From Candidatus Obscuribacteraceae bacterium (GTDB lineage: Bacteria; Cyanobacteriota; Vampirovibrionia; Obscuribacterales; Obscuribacteraceae), in assembly GCA_044226015.1 (NCBI GenBank), contig JBGAHS010000001.1:704001-768000 (forward strand): a stretch of DNA of 64,000 nt, read 5' to 3'. Position numbers and translations under genes: made by a program. This document shows positions 39,099 to 49,438 of the stretch, piece after piece (position 1 is the first letter of the stretch; every line of letters starts with the position of its first letter). The notes under the pieces were generated by a model, which worked only from the letters and a program-made list of their open reading frames with translations, searched no databases and was not told where the DNA came from.

Positions 39099-40153
39099 GC
39101 ACTGTAGAGAGCAAGGCGAAGTTGTCATTCTCATTCGAAGTTCTGAACCTCAGAACCAAGCATCCATTTGGAATCTCCTATGGAAGCTCTTCTGACAGCC
39201 ATAATGTACTGGTGAAAATGAACTACGGTGATGTTGAAGGGCTCGGTGAAGCATCTCCGGCGTCTTACCATTCTGAGTCCATCCCCACAGTTATGGCGGT
39301 TCTTGAGGACTTGCAGAAGCGCGATATTCTTGGTGACGATCCATTTGCAATTCAGGAAGTTTGCAGAAGGATGGATAAGGCGATTGCAGGAAATTATGCT
39401 GCGAAGTCAGCCATTGAAATGGCCATGCAAGATATCAGCGGGAAATTACTGGGCAAGCCACTTTTTCAGATACTTGGTTTAAGTGGTTTGGCTGCGCCGA
39501 TTACCGATTTCACCATCGGCATTGATAATCTCGAAATGGTTGAACGTAAGACAAAAGAAGCTGTCGATGCCGGTTTCAAGGTACTTAAGGTTAAACAGGG
39601 AACAAACTACGACAGAGACATCATCAAATGTATTCGCAAACACGCGCCAAATATACCGTTGCGTGTAGATGCAAATGGAGCCTGGACGCCGAAACAGGCA
39701 GTCGAGATGTCCAAGTTCTTAGCCGATAACGATGTTCAGTTCATTGAGCAGCCGGTGCCGAAGTTTGCTCATCTCGAAGAATGGCGATATGTGAAAGAAC
39801 ATGGAGCTTTGCCGATTTTTGCCGATGAAAGCTGCTGCCGTGCCGTTGATGCTGCCAGGCTGGCTAATGTGGTTGATGGGGTTGTTGTTAAACTCGCGAA
39901 GACCGGCGGTATTTCAGAGGCTCTGCGCCTGATTCACACAGCTAGAGCGCACAATCTCAAAATTATGTTCGGCTGCATGATCGAATCTTCCATTGGAATA
40001 AGCGCTGCTGCTCATCTGGCTTCGCTCGTGGATTATCTGGACCTCGATGGCGCAATGTTGCTTGATAACGACCCTTATGAAGGCGCTGTTTACCGTGATG
40101 GATTGATGGTTCCATCAGATAAACCTGGGTTGGGAGTCACTTTGCGCAGATAG
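39095..40153 (+). CDS. Enolase-superfamily dipeptide epimerase / N-acetyl-D-Glu racemase (DgcA-like)
   Basis: KVK, DAN, EQP, ADES, KLAKTGG, GCMIE, DLDG; GTGA overlap with the DUF1611 gene. Confidence 0.9.
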   Translation: MSTVESKAKLSFSFEVLNLRTKHPFGISYGSSSDSHNVLVKMNYGDVEGLGEASPASYHSESIPTVMAVLEDLQKRDILGDDPFAIQEVCRRMDKAIAGNYAAKSAIEMAMQDISGKLLGKPLFQILGLSGLAAPITDFTIGIDNLEMVERKTKEAVDAGFKVLKVKQGTNYDRDIIKCIRKHAPNIPLRVDANGAWTPKQAVEMSKFLADNDVQFIEQPVPKFAHLEEWRYVKEHGALPIFADESCCRAVDAARLANVVDGVVVKLAKTGGISEALRLIHTARAHNLKIMFGCMIESSIGISAAAHLASLVDYLDLDGAMLLDNDPYEGAVYRDGLMVPSDKPGLGVTLRR

Positions 40154-40232
40154 GCAAATAAATCGAGCAAGGGAGCGCACTTTGCGGCTGCGCTTAGTGC
40201 TCAACACTTCGACGCACATGGAGTTTGTCTTG

Positions 40233-40262
40233 AAGACCTGGTTCTTAAAGCCAGGTCTTTTT
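40233..40262 (+). terminator. Intrinsic terminator
   Basis: AAGACCTGGTT-cttaa-AGCCAGGTCTT (one G-U pair) then TTT. Confidence 0.7.
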
Positions 40263-40302
40263 GCTCTGCGGATTCAGGCGAGTCCAGGACGCAAATCCCC
40301 TT

Positions 40303-40566
40303 GGCGAATCCAGTCCGCGAATCCACGCGAATCCAGTCCGCGAACGCGAATCCAGTCCGCGAATCCACGCGAATCCAGTCCGCGAATCCACGCGAATCCA
40401 GTCCGCGAATCCAGTCGCGAATCCACGCGAATCCATCCGCGAATCCAGTCGCGAATCCAGTCGCGAATCCACGCGAATCCAGTCCGCGAATCCAGTCCGC
40501 GAATCCAGTCCGCCAATCCAGTCCGCGAATCCACGCGAATCCAACCGCGAATCCACGCGAGTCTCA
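40303..40566. repeat. Minisatellite of about 22 CGCGAATCCA units with 0-3 nt variable linkers
   Basis: Read directly; lies between convergent genes. Confidence 0.95.
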
Positions 40567-40587
40567 GCTCGAATTACAAGCGGAGCT

Positions 40588-42132
40588 TTACGAAAAGTCA
40601 GTGCTGAAAACGTCTTGCGGCTGAATCCACTCGGACGCCACGAGCGTATCAAGCAGTGGAATCGAGTTTTCTCTCATTTCTTGCATCGCTAATTCAAACT
40701 GGGCAACTGTGAGTTTGCCTGCTGACACTAGCTTCTGAGCAAAGAAGATTGAGTCGAGTTCTTCTTTTGAGAGCAACCCTTTATCTACCAGATAATGACC
40801 AATTTCGCGTTCGTCCTTAGAGTCCTTGTGCTTTTCAATCGCTTCTGAAAGCTCTCCAATTCTTATCAATGTAGAGAACTTCAGCATTTCCTTCAACGGC
40901 ATCATCTTTTGCTTTGCAGCCGTTTCCGCACTTGGTCCGCTGCCGTCGGCAGGGCCGAAGAGCACAAGGTCATATTGAAGACGAGCATTTGGAAACTTCA
41001 GAACGTCATGAGCGAGGCACAGAGCTGCGACCAGCTCTTGGAATTGCCACTCATCCATTGTTTTATTCGCAAGTTTCTTGTTGAGCTTACGAATCTTCCT
41101 CAGGAACGACTTGTGAAGTTCTTCAAACGAAGCTGTGGATGGGATGGCAAGTATTTCATAGAAAGTATATTGCTCAAGCTTTTCGCGCAATTCATCAGCG
41201 GTTAGCTGACGCTTTGGTTTCGGCTTTGGCGCTGGAGCTGGCGGCGGGGCTACTCCTCCCGATGATGGTTCTGCTTTTGTGCTTCTATCGCTGAAAAGCA
41301 TGTCCACAGTCGAGCTGGGTTGGCTGCCCGCAGCCGGTGCACCTGTTGCGTTTGCCCCCGGTGTCTCAACCTGTCCAACAACTGATTCGAATGAGTCTGC
41401 CAGCTTCTGCTGTTTCTTTCTCTCTTCTGCTCTGGCTTTTGCGAACGCCAGTGTGTCGCCTGCAGACCAGCCACCAGCAAGGGCTTTCGGTGCGTTTGGT
41501 TTATCTAAAAGCTTATTAGGCGAAGCTTCTGCCGCTTCATCCAATTTAAGCAAAACACTTGCCGTTGCAGTTGAGCGGTCTTTCTGGCGAGCTTCTGCTT
41601 TAGCCATCATTTCGCTCAGCTGTCCCATTTTTTCGTTTGCTTGCAACATGCCATCCATGTCGCCCGCCTCAAGGCACTTCTGCATTCTTGAAGCGAGTTC
41701 AGCAAGTTGCTTTTCTAAAACTGAAATTTCTGGAACGTCGTCATCAGCCGGTTTCGCTGCTTCCACCGGCTTCTCAGCTGGTTTTTCTGCCGGCACTTTT
41801 TCTTCAGGGCTTGTCGCAGGAGCTGCGGGCTGCACAATCTTGTGCTGACCTGTACCGCTTCCCGCGCCGTCGCCCGGCTGCACAATCTTGTGCTGGCCAG
41901 TGCCGCCTCCGATTGAACCTGTCTGCCGATTTGGCACATAAAATCTTGAGAACACCGTTGGCGGACCACCGGTCCACGCAGCCGTGAGAGCTGCAACCAA
42001 CTGGCACATCCTGTTGTGTGCTTGCATCAATCCAGCAAAATCTTTAGCCTCAACAGCGCGGCGAAATTCCTGCTCCGCCCTCTCGAGCCCTTGTTCGATA
42101 TTGCTTATCTGTTCCCTATCTGGTCCAGACAT
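40588..42132 (-). CDS. Multidomain protein: two UVR-like hairpins, HPD-less J-like domain and MshEN-like C-terminus
   Basis: TFYEILAIPSTAS...AHDVLKFPNARLQYD; EIGHYLVDKGLLSKEELDSIFFAQ; ATG 42132 preferred. Confidence 0.65.
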   Translation of the reverse strand: MSGPDREQISNIEQGLERAEQEFRRAVEAKDFAGLMQAHNRMCQLVAALTAAWTGGPPTVFSRFYVPNRQTGSIGGGTGQHKIVQPGDGAGSGTGQHKIVQPAAPATSPEEKVPAEKPAEKPVEAAKPADDDVPEISVLEKQLAELASRMQKCLEAGDMDGMLQANEKMGQLSEMMAKAEARQKDRSTATASVLLKLDEAAEASPNKLLDKPNAPKALAGGWSAGDTLAFAKARAEERKKQQKLADSFESVVGQVETPGANATGAPAAGSQPSSTVDMLFSDRSTKAEPSSGGVAPPPAPAPKPKPKRQLTADELREKLEQYTFYEILAIPSTASFEELHKSFLRKIRKLNKKLANKTMDEWQFQELVAALCLAHDVLKFPNARLQYDLVLFGPADGSGPSAETAAKQKMMPLKEMLKFSTLIRIGELSEAIEKHKDSKDEREIGHYLVDKGLLSKEELDSIFFAQKLVSAGKLTVAQFELAMQEMRENSIPLLDTLVASEWIQPQDVFSTDFS

Positions 42133-42536
42133 CTGTGTCTCTACTTCCGCAACCTTTCCCCCGGTTAGGCGAAATTGAGTAATTTGCAACTGTCAAAAAG
42201 TACCTGCCAATAGCTAGCTACCGTTTCCCCCATGGAGATTATTCCTTTCTCCATAGGAATATAACTGTTTGGGAAAATTAATCTGTGCAAAGATCAAAAT
42301 CTTTACGCTCTTAACAAAACACTCTTTCTCAGTCAAGAAGCCCTCCAGCTTTCGCTTCTCGCTCAGACTAAATTTGACATAATTCAAGCGCTACTTGCAT
42401 TTTTCGAGTGTCTTTCAAGCTGATCTACGCTGGTATTGCCCATGGTGAGCGACTTCTTGATTTGCAATGAATTACTTTTGAGTTGTTTTTGAGCCATAGC
42501 AAAGCTCTATAATTGATTAGAACTTGAGGAAGTATT

Positions 42537-43190
42537 TTGGACGAAACCGCCGAATTAACGGTAAGAACCCGGCATAGCCAGGTGCAAGAATCGCTAGAAG
42601 CCTTTATCAGGGGGCTTCCGCGCGGTACGCATTTGACCGCTCCTGAGGTTTTCCGCCTGGCAAAAGAAAAGGGGCTAAAGGTAAGTCTTTCGACTGTTTA
42701 TAGAACTCTGAATAGTCTTTCCAGTCAGGGACAGGTTCAAGCACTCTCAGGTGAGCACGGTCGGCGTTATGAGGCTTCAGATGGTGAGCACGAACATGAC
42801 CACCTCATCTGCGTGAAGTGTGGCTTGACCATCGAGTTTGAGGATGACTTGATACGTGGGTTCGGCAAAAATGTTGCCGACAGAAAAGGTTATGAGTACA
42901 AACACTCACGATTTGATATTTTGGGAATTTGCCAGCAATGCCGTGTTCAAGGTGAAGATCATCAAATTGATGCTGCTATCTCAAGTATAGAGAAGGTTCT
43001 CATTGCTTGTGAAACGGCTACGCAAAAGCTTGAACAAGCGCTTGAACAGCTTCAACTGCGCAAGGAAAGCAAAGCAAAAGAACTCATTGAAGCTGCACTT
43101 CCTGTCTTGCAAGATTCGTGCCGTGATTTGGAAGATTGCCTGAATCCGGTCGAGACTGATGTAGATGACGAGCTTGACGAGGGCGAATAG
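42537..43190 (+). CDS. Fur-family transcriptional regulator with C-terminal helical extension
   Basis: HLTAPEV, SLSTVYRTL, HEHDHLICVKCG, GICQQC. Confidence 0.92.
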   Translation: MDETAELTVRTRHSQVQESLEAFIRGLPRGTHLTAPEVFRLAKEKGLKVSLSTVYRTLNSLSSQGQVQALSGEHGRRYEASDGEHEHDHLICVKCGLTIEFEDDLIRGFGKNVADRKGYEYKHSRFDILGICQQCRVQGEDHQIDAAISSIEKVLIACETATQKLEQALEQLQLRKESKAKELIEAALPVLQDSCRDLEDCLNPVETDVDDELDEGE

Positions 43191-43311
43191 CTCGCTTCCT
43201 CTGCTTGCTCTTATCTCCGGAAATTTGAGAAATCTGCAATGAGATTCCGCAAGATCAAATCGTGATTCCTTTTCGTGGATGGTGTCTTTCTTTAGTGCTT
43301 GCTTTGAACAA

Positions 43312-44382
43312 TCAGCTCTTTGAAGCGAGTGATTGTTCAATCAATCTCTTGCGTGACTCAGCCAGTTCCATCTCAGACTTCACGATAATTTCTTCCATAT
43401 AGGAATGTGGAACTCTGCGTTTGCGGTTTATTTCTGCGCGCTTTTGCAGCATCTTTGGCATAAGGCAGAGCGCATTCCATGTGCCGTGCAGCCAGGGAAT
43501 TACTTGACCTCCGCGAACTATCACCACGGCAAAATAGTATGCCTGCCAGTAAATAATTTGAGGCATGAACTTGAATAGCAGTGCCAGCGGAATATTCTTT
43601 ACTATGGTATTCCAATTGTTTTGTGCTGACAGTCGAACAACCAGTGGATGGTAGCCACTGCCTGTGGTGCCACAGCCGAGGTGGTACATGATAGCGCTTG
43701 GAACATAAAGGCATTTGTAGCCAGCGCTTTGTGCGCGCAAGCCTATGTCAACATCTTCGAGATAGGCGAAGTAATCGTCATCGAATAATCCTATATCGTC
43801 CAGCATCGAGCGACGATATACTGCTGCGCCACCACATGGACCGAGGATGTAGCGCTGTTCGTTGAATTGTCCAAAATCTTTCTCGCGATGCCCGATTCTT
43901 CCAGGCAAACCTCCGCGACGGTAGCCATCACCTGCTCCATCCAGCAGAGCATGGTCATCGTACGCAAGCATCTTGCAGCCTGTCGAGCCAATCTCGGGAT
44001 GTTCTTTCAAGACGCGAATCATTTCGCTAATCCATTTTTCATCAACTACAGTGTCGTTATTCAGCAGCGCGACGTATTCACCATCACAAGCGCGAATGCC
44101 AGCATTTACTGCCGGGGCGAATCCTGTGTTGACAGGAAATTTAACGAGACGCACTTGGGGGTAGTTCTCTTCCAGAAACTCAACAGAACCATCTTTAGAG
44201 CCATTATCGACAATGACTACTTCAACTTGTGGATAATTGCTCGCCAACAATGAGTCGAGGCAGCCTTTGAGGAATTTCTTGCCATTCCAATTTGGGATGA
44301 TTACACTGACCAATCCCTTTTTCACGGCTGAATTACTTTCTGCACCGGGTTGAGGTTCTTTGACTTGCATCTGAATATTCAT
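43312..44382 (-). CDS. Glycosyltransferase family 2
   Basis: VSVIIPNWNG, VDNGSKDGS, LLNND, FAYLEDVD. Confidence 0.93.
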   Translation of the reverse strand: MNIQMQVKEPQPGAESNSAVKKGLVSVIIPNWNGKKFLKGCLDSLLASNYPQVEVVIVDNGSKDGSVEFLEENYPQVRLVKFPVNTGFAPAVNAGIRACDGEYVALLNNDTVVDEKWISEMIRVLKEHPEIGSTGCKMLAYDDHALLDGAGDGYRRGGLPGRIGHREKDFGQFNEQRYILGPCGGAAVYRRSMLDDIGLFDDDYFAYLEDVDIGLRAQSAGYKCLYVPSAIMYHLGCGTTGSGYHPLVVRLSAQNNWNTIVKNIPLALLFKFMPQIIYWQAYYFAVVIVRGGQVIPWLHGTWNALCLMPKMLQKRAEINRKRRVPHSYMEEIIVKSEMELAESRKRLIEQSLASKS

Positions 44383-44602
44383 GTCTCTGCAGGTTGTCGG
44401 GAGCGCTTAGGAGAGCATGTTATCCTAAGCCATATGTAAACATAATTATGGCTGGCTAACGTAAGTATCCAAAGTTCCAGTCCCGACTAACCCCCGGCGT
44501 CCTTTAAGCCTCCAAAATTGGCACTTTTGGGTCTTGCGTCTTGAAATTTCATGCTATTCTGAGCCGAAACATTATTTCTGTAGAGCTTGGAGATAACTAA
44601 GC

Positions 44603-45952
44603 TTGTCGAATTTCCGACGCCGCGTACTTCTCATTACCCTTGAGCCGATTTCAAAAAAAATGGCGGGGCCGGCTATTCGCTGCGTAGAAATTGGAAAACA
44701 ACTTGCGACTGAGCATGAGGTCACTGTCTTTTCACCTCAGGCAACAGATTTCAAAGACTCGTCAGAAGTTTGCGCCAACCCCAACTTCAAGCTTTTTTGC
44801 AAAGCTGGAAAGTCGCAGCTCTATCGCCTGGCGCAAAATCAAGACATCATTTTTGTCCAAGCCAATGTGCTCAAGCCTTACCCTGGCTTGACTGAACTCG
44901 GCAAGTACCTGGTGGTCGACCTTTATGATCCCTTCCTGCTGGCGGTTTTGGCTCAGTTCGAGGTTGACAGCGCCAGCGCGAATGCAAGTTATCGCCTCAT
45001 GCATCAAGTCTTGAAAAAGCACATGGTCAATGCTGATTTTTCTGTTTGCGCTTCTGAGAAGCAATTAGATTATTGGTTTGGGCGCTTTTGTGCAATTGGT
45101 CGGCTTACTCCTGAGATGTATGGCTTTGACCGCAGTTTCCGTAAGTTGATTGACGTAGTACCATTTGGTTTGCCGGACAGCGAACCAAAGCGCACCGAGG
45201 GCGGTATCAAAGGTAAAGTCGCCGGAATAGAGAAAGATGATTTCTTATTGCTCTGGGGCGGCGGAATTTGGGAATGGTTTGACCCTCTTACAATTATCAG
45301 TGCAGTGGCGAAACTTGCAGATCGCTATCCTAAACTGAAACTTTACTTCATGGGGTACCAGTCACCAAACCCGCAAGTTGGTCTGATGCAAATGGCTGTG
45401 AAAGCCAGAGAACTTGCCGAATCAAGCGGAGTTTTGAACAAGAATGTATTCTTTTCTGATTCATGGACTGCGTATGATGAACGAGTGAACTGCTTGCTAG
45501 ATGCAGATGTCGCAGTGTCGGCACATTTTGATTTGCCTGAAACCCGCTTCTCTTTCCGCACAAGAATATTGGACTATCTCTGGGCTGGCTTGCCGATCAT
45601 CACCACAACGGGCGATCAGTTGGCAGATCAAATTGATAGAACTGGGGCGGGGCTGGCTGTTTCTTATCAGGATGTGGACCAATTTGCCAATGCAATTGAG
45701 GCTCTCATGACAGACAGTGAAAAATTGCAGCGTTGTGCTGCAGCTTCGAAGAAACTCTCAGAGTCCTATAAGTGGAGCAAGGCTGTTCAGCCACTTCTCA
45801 ATTTCTGCAATGACCCATATCATTCGCCCGCATATCGGAAAATCAAAATGCCAAATCTACTTGAGCGTGCGCAAGCTGTGTACGAACGTGGTGGCAAAGA
45901 CTTGATTGTGCGCCGTTCCCGCGAGCTCTTGAAAGACGTTCTCAAAGGCTAA
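44603..45952 (+). CDS. Glycosyltransferase family 4
   Basis: MAGPAIR, WGGGIWEWFDP, FRTRILDYLWAGLPII. Confidence 0.88.
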   Translation: MSNFRRRVLLITLEPISKKMAGPAIRCVEIGKQLATEHEVTVFSPQATDFKDSSEVCANPNFKLFCKAGKSQLYRLAQNQDIIFVQANVLKPYPGLTELGKYLVVDLYDPFLLAVLAQFEVDSASANASYRLMHQVLKKHMVNADFSVCASEKQLDYWFGRFCAIGRLTPEMYGFDRSFRKLIDVVPFGLPDSEPKRTEGGIKGKVAGIEKDDFLLLWGGGIWEWFDPLTIISAVAKLADRYPKLKLYFMGYQSPNPQVGLMQMAVKARELAESSGVLNKNVFFSDSWTAYDERVNCLLDADVAVSAHFDLPETRFSFRTRILDYLWAGLPIITTTGDQLADQIDRTGAGLAVSYQDVDQFANAIEALMTDSEKLQRCAAASKKLSESYKWSKAVQPLLNFCNDPYHSPAYRKIKMPNLLERAQAVYERGGKDLIVRRSRELLKDVLKG

Positions 45953-46144
45953 TTTCTGTTTGTTGTCCAAATAATTTTCGACTGCTCAGTAGAAAGCCAG
46001 TCGGTTTCCTGTTTTCGCACCACAAGTTTGCCCGCAATTCCCTTCATCACAGATCGAAAGCGCTGAAAATCCCTCTCCGAGCCTGACGAGGACGATGATG
46101 CCGACACCTAATACAATAAAAAAGACTCCCGCTTACGAAATGCC

Positions 46145-46400
46145 GGTATAGCAAATGTACTGATGAAAGAAGCTGGCGCTGTCGAGGTTCTTGAGTTTGT
46201 TCGCAGACTTACTTTCTCAATCTTGATCAGCAATGCAGATATGCATTTGAAAAATTGGTCTCTCTTATACCAGGATCCTCAAAAACCAATTCTCTCTCCA
46301 GCTTATGATTTTGTCTCAACTATAGGGTATGTGGATGATTTTGATCTTGGCTTAAGTCTTGCAAAAGAAAAGGACATGCGCAAAATCGACAAATCACACT
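46145..46400 (+). pseudogene. HipA-family kinase toxin C-terminal remnant
   Basis: EFVRRLTFSILISNADMHLKNWSLLY...LSPAYDFVST; no N-terminal domain, in-frame stop about 50 nt upstream of ATG 46163, no hipB. Confidence 0.8.
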
Positions 46401-46495
46401 GTAATAGTATTTTGTTCGAGACCGCTGCTTCATCCTGGTGCAGTTATGCATGGACAGGCTTGCCGATGCCACGAGAGGCGCTTGTGTTCTTGCAG

Positions 46496-48908
46496 TGGCA
46501 CTGGGCAGCTCAATCTCGCTACAGCATTCGGCTACGACGACATTGGAAATGCGACGAGCGTAACGGATCCGAACGAAAATACCACGAGCTTTGATTTTGA
46601 TAACGAGCGCAGAATGATTCAGCAGACGGATCCCTCACCGTTTGGCTTTGTTACTAACTGGAATTACGATGAAAACGGGTGGAGAATCGCCTTAGAAAAG
46701 CAGACTGGTGATGAGGCAAATCCATTTCAAACATGGCAATGGATCTACCAGGAAAATGGCTCGGTAAAATCGACAATTGACCCAGCGAACAATGCCACCA
46801 CTTTTGAATACAACACAAATAACTGGTTAACAAAACGAACTGATGCTGAGAATCGAGTCTGGTCCTACAGCTACGATGAACTAGGCAGAATCAGCACCGT
46901 GACCGACCCGCTTTTGCAGATTTCTGAGACTCGGACTTACACAGAAAATGGTTTGCTTGCCTCGCTCACAGACGCAAACTTCAACACGACAAGCTATGAG
47001 TTTGACGGTTTCGACCGGCTGGACAAAAGAATCTATCCAGATGGCACGTTCGAACAGAATTCTGTTTATGACGAAAATGGGAATGTGCTCACCTATGTCA
47101 CGCGTGCTGGCAGCGATAGCGACCCACCGAGTCCTGGCGACATAATCGTGAGTACCTTTGACCCGCTCAACCGGCTGGATACGAAGCAGTCAGGAACATT
47201 GGCATTGCAGACCATGACCTATGATTTGGCAGGTAGATTGTTGAATATCAACACGCCGACCGACCCTGATGACCCTACCAGTGGTGACTACGGCTACGAT
47301 TACGATTCGGCAGGAAGGCTGATAGAGCAGACCATGCCCGATGCTAAGGCTGTCGGTTACGAACTGGACGACAACGGCAATAGGACGAAGCTAATTTATC
47401 CAGATGGATATTATGCATCTTATTTTTACGATGAGTTGAATCGGCTTACGGACATCAAGCTCAACGGAAGCAGCACGGCAGCTGTCCATTTTGATTACGA
47501 TGATCTCTCCAGGCGAACTCTAGTTACCTATGAGAATGGCTGCACATGCGACTATGCCTACGCAATTAATGATGATTTGACTGCACTGAATCAAGAGTTC
47601 ACCGGAAGCGCTGTGAATTATGGTTACAGTTACAACAAAGTGCACCAGGCGATTGCCATGTCTTGCAGTAACAAGGCTTTCGTTTGGACTCCAGTTGCAT
47701 CTGCCACCACGGTGTATTCCGCTGCGAACAACCTTAATCAGTACCCCTCAGTTGCGGGCACCGGATATTCTTACAACAAAAATGGCTGCTTGACGGGAGG
47801 TCCATTCTCAGCAGCTTTTGATGTGCTCAATCGGATGACTCAAGTCGTGCTTGGTGGAACGACTAACGACTACATTCTTGACCCGATGAATAGGCAGGCT
47901 CGCAAAACAAGCAACTCTGCTGAGACTAATTTCCTATATGACGGGCAGCAGATGATTGCCGAATTTGATGACGGAGATGCGCTCGTAAACCGCTTCATCA
48001 GGGGTAATCGGGCAGACGAGATCTTCATCAAGATTTCTGGCTCTACCAAGACTTACCTGCACCATGATAGGCTGAGATCTGTGATTGCTTGCACGGATGA
48101 CACTGGAGCTGTCTTGAACCGGTACAAATATGGACCATTTGGAGAGACGGCAAACCTTACAGGAACGCCGTTTGGCTATACTGGGCAACGCTACGATTCT
48201 GAAGTGGGATTGTACAATTACAAGGCTCGGATTTACTCACCAGCGATTGGTCGGTTCTTTCAGCCAGATCCGATAGGCACTACTGGTGGTATTAACCTTT
48301 ATGCTTATACAGGAAATGATGCTTTGAATTTGACTGATTCTACAGGATTGGCGGCGGGGTTCGGTGGGGACTATCGGGACGATTCTTCACCTATCGCTCT
48401 TACTATTGTTCAAATGCCCTCCTTATTGGCCGGAACCTTGACAGAAGAGCAAATACTGACCGTTCTGCTTGCATCTCTGCTACCTAGCAACGCCAGGAAG
48501 GTAAATCGCCATTTGACGGAGCGGCAGCAAGCTGAAGAAATCATGGCTTATGCCAGGTTAGAGATTCAGAACGCAACAATGAGAGGCGAACGATTAAACA
48601 CGGTTGGTTACCTGGGAGGAGAGTTAAATAATGCATTGATAGAGTTTGGATTGACACAGTGTGAAGCATGTAACGGCCAAGCTGATACTATTGGCAGCAG
48701 GTTGATTGACAAATACATAAATTCCTTCGACCCCAATTTCAAGGACTGGATAGTAAATACTCGAATGCTACCAATCATTAATGCTCATAGCTGGACTGAA
48801 GTGGTGAATACGAAATCTGGTGCAATCATAACTGTAGATCCATGGGCTGGCACTTTTGAGTATGATCCATTTCCAATGCGGAATATACCAATATGGGATA
48901 AGAAATGA
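46496..48908 (+). CDS. 5'-truncated (orphan) Rhs core plus C-terminal toxin, copy A
   Basis: YD repeats; YTGQRYDSEVGLYNYKARIYSPAIGRFFQPDPIG; DNA similarity to copy C starts abruptly at ~46496 (matches ~52256). Confidence 0.85.
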
Positions 48909-48924
48909 TCTATGAGGATGAGTC

Positions 48925-49413
48925 GTGCAAAATCGTAACCAAAACAACTGCAAGCAGCTTAGATTTGGTCCTGTAGTGTGGCTGATTCTATTGGGACTAG
49001 GTGCATATGTTCATTTCTCTCCATTCAACGATAGACCAGATGGCCAAACCTTGATTAAGCGTTCACAAGTCCTTAACCAAATGAGGGATTGGCAGCTTGC
49101 AGCTATAGAATATTCCGAATCCCACGATGGCTTGTTTCCAAAATCAGCAATGGATCTTAGGGGCTATTTTCATAAGCCAGAGCCAATAAATCCTTTCACA
49201 AAAGAGCCACAATGGCCAACAGACGGACGCATCAAATCTTTATCGGAGGCAAGAGAACGGACCGGTGAGTTTGTTGGAATTGGCGTAGTCGAATACAGTG
49301 TCATTCTTGATAGCAAAGGTCGTCCAACAAGTTTTGGAATACGCGGCGGAGATAAGGATGGAAAAGTACTCCTGGGACCTGCCGGAAAAACTACTTTTGT
49401 ATTTTCGAACTAA
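48925..49413 (+). CDS. Membrane-anchored protein with pilin/pseudopilin-like globular part; candidate immunity protein
   Basis: Directly downstream of Rhs A; one TM; QLAAIEYSESHDGLFP...NPFT. Confidence 0.6.
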   Translation: MQNRNQNNCKQLRFGPVVWLILLGLGAYVHFSPFNDRPDGQTLIKRSQVLNQMRDWQLAAIEYSESHDGLFPKSAMDLRGYFHKPEPINPFTKEPQWPTDGRIKSLSEARERTGEFVGIGVVEYSVILDSKGRPTSFGIRGGDKDGKVLLGPAGKTTFVFSN

Positions 49414-49438
49414 TAACTAATTGGTGGGCGAAAAATAC

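Noticed and set aside
40182..40692. Several overlapping 86-143 aa ORFs on both strands
   Set aside because: They are translations of the stop-free CGCGAATCCA minisatellite
46163..46594. Intact 143-aa HipA toxin gene
   Set aside because: It lacks the N-terminal kinase half, and its last third is unrelated or out-of-frame Rhs sequence
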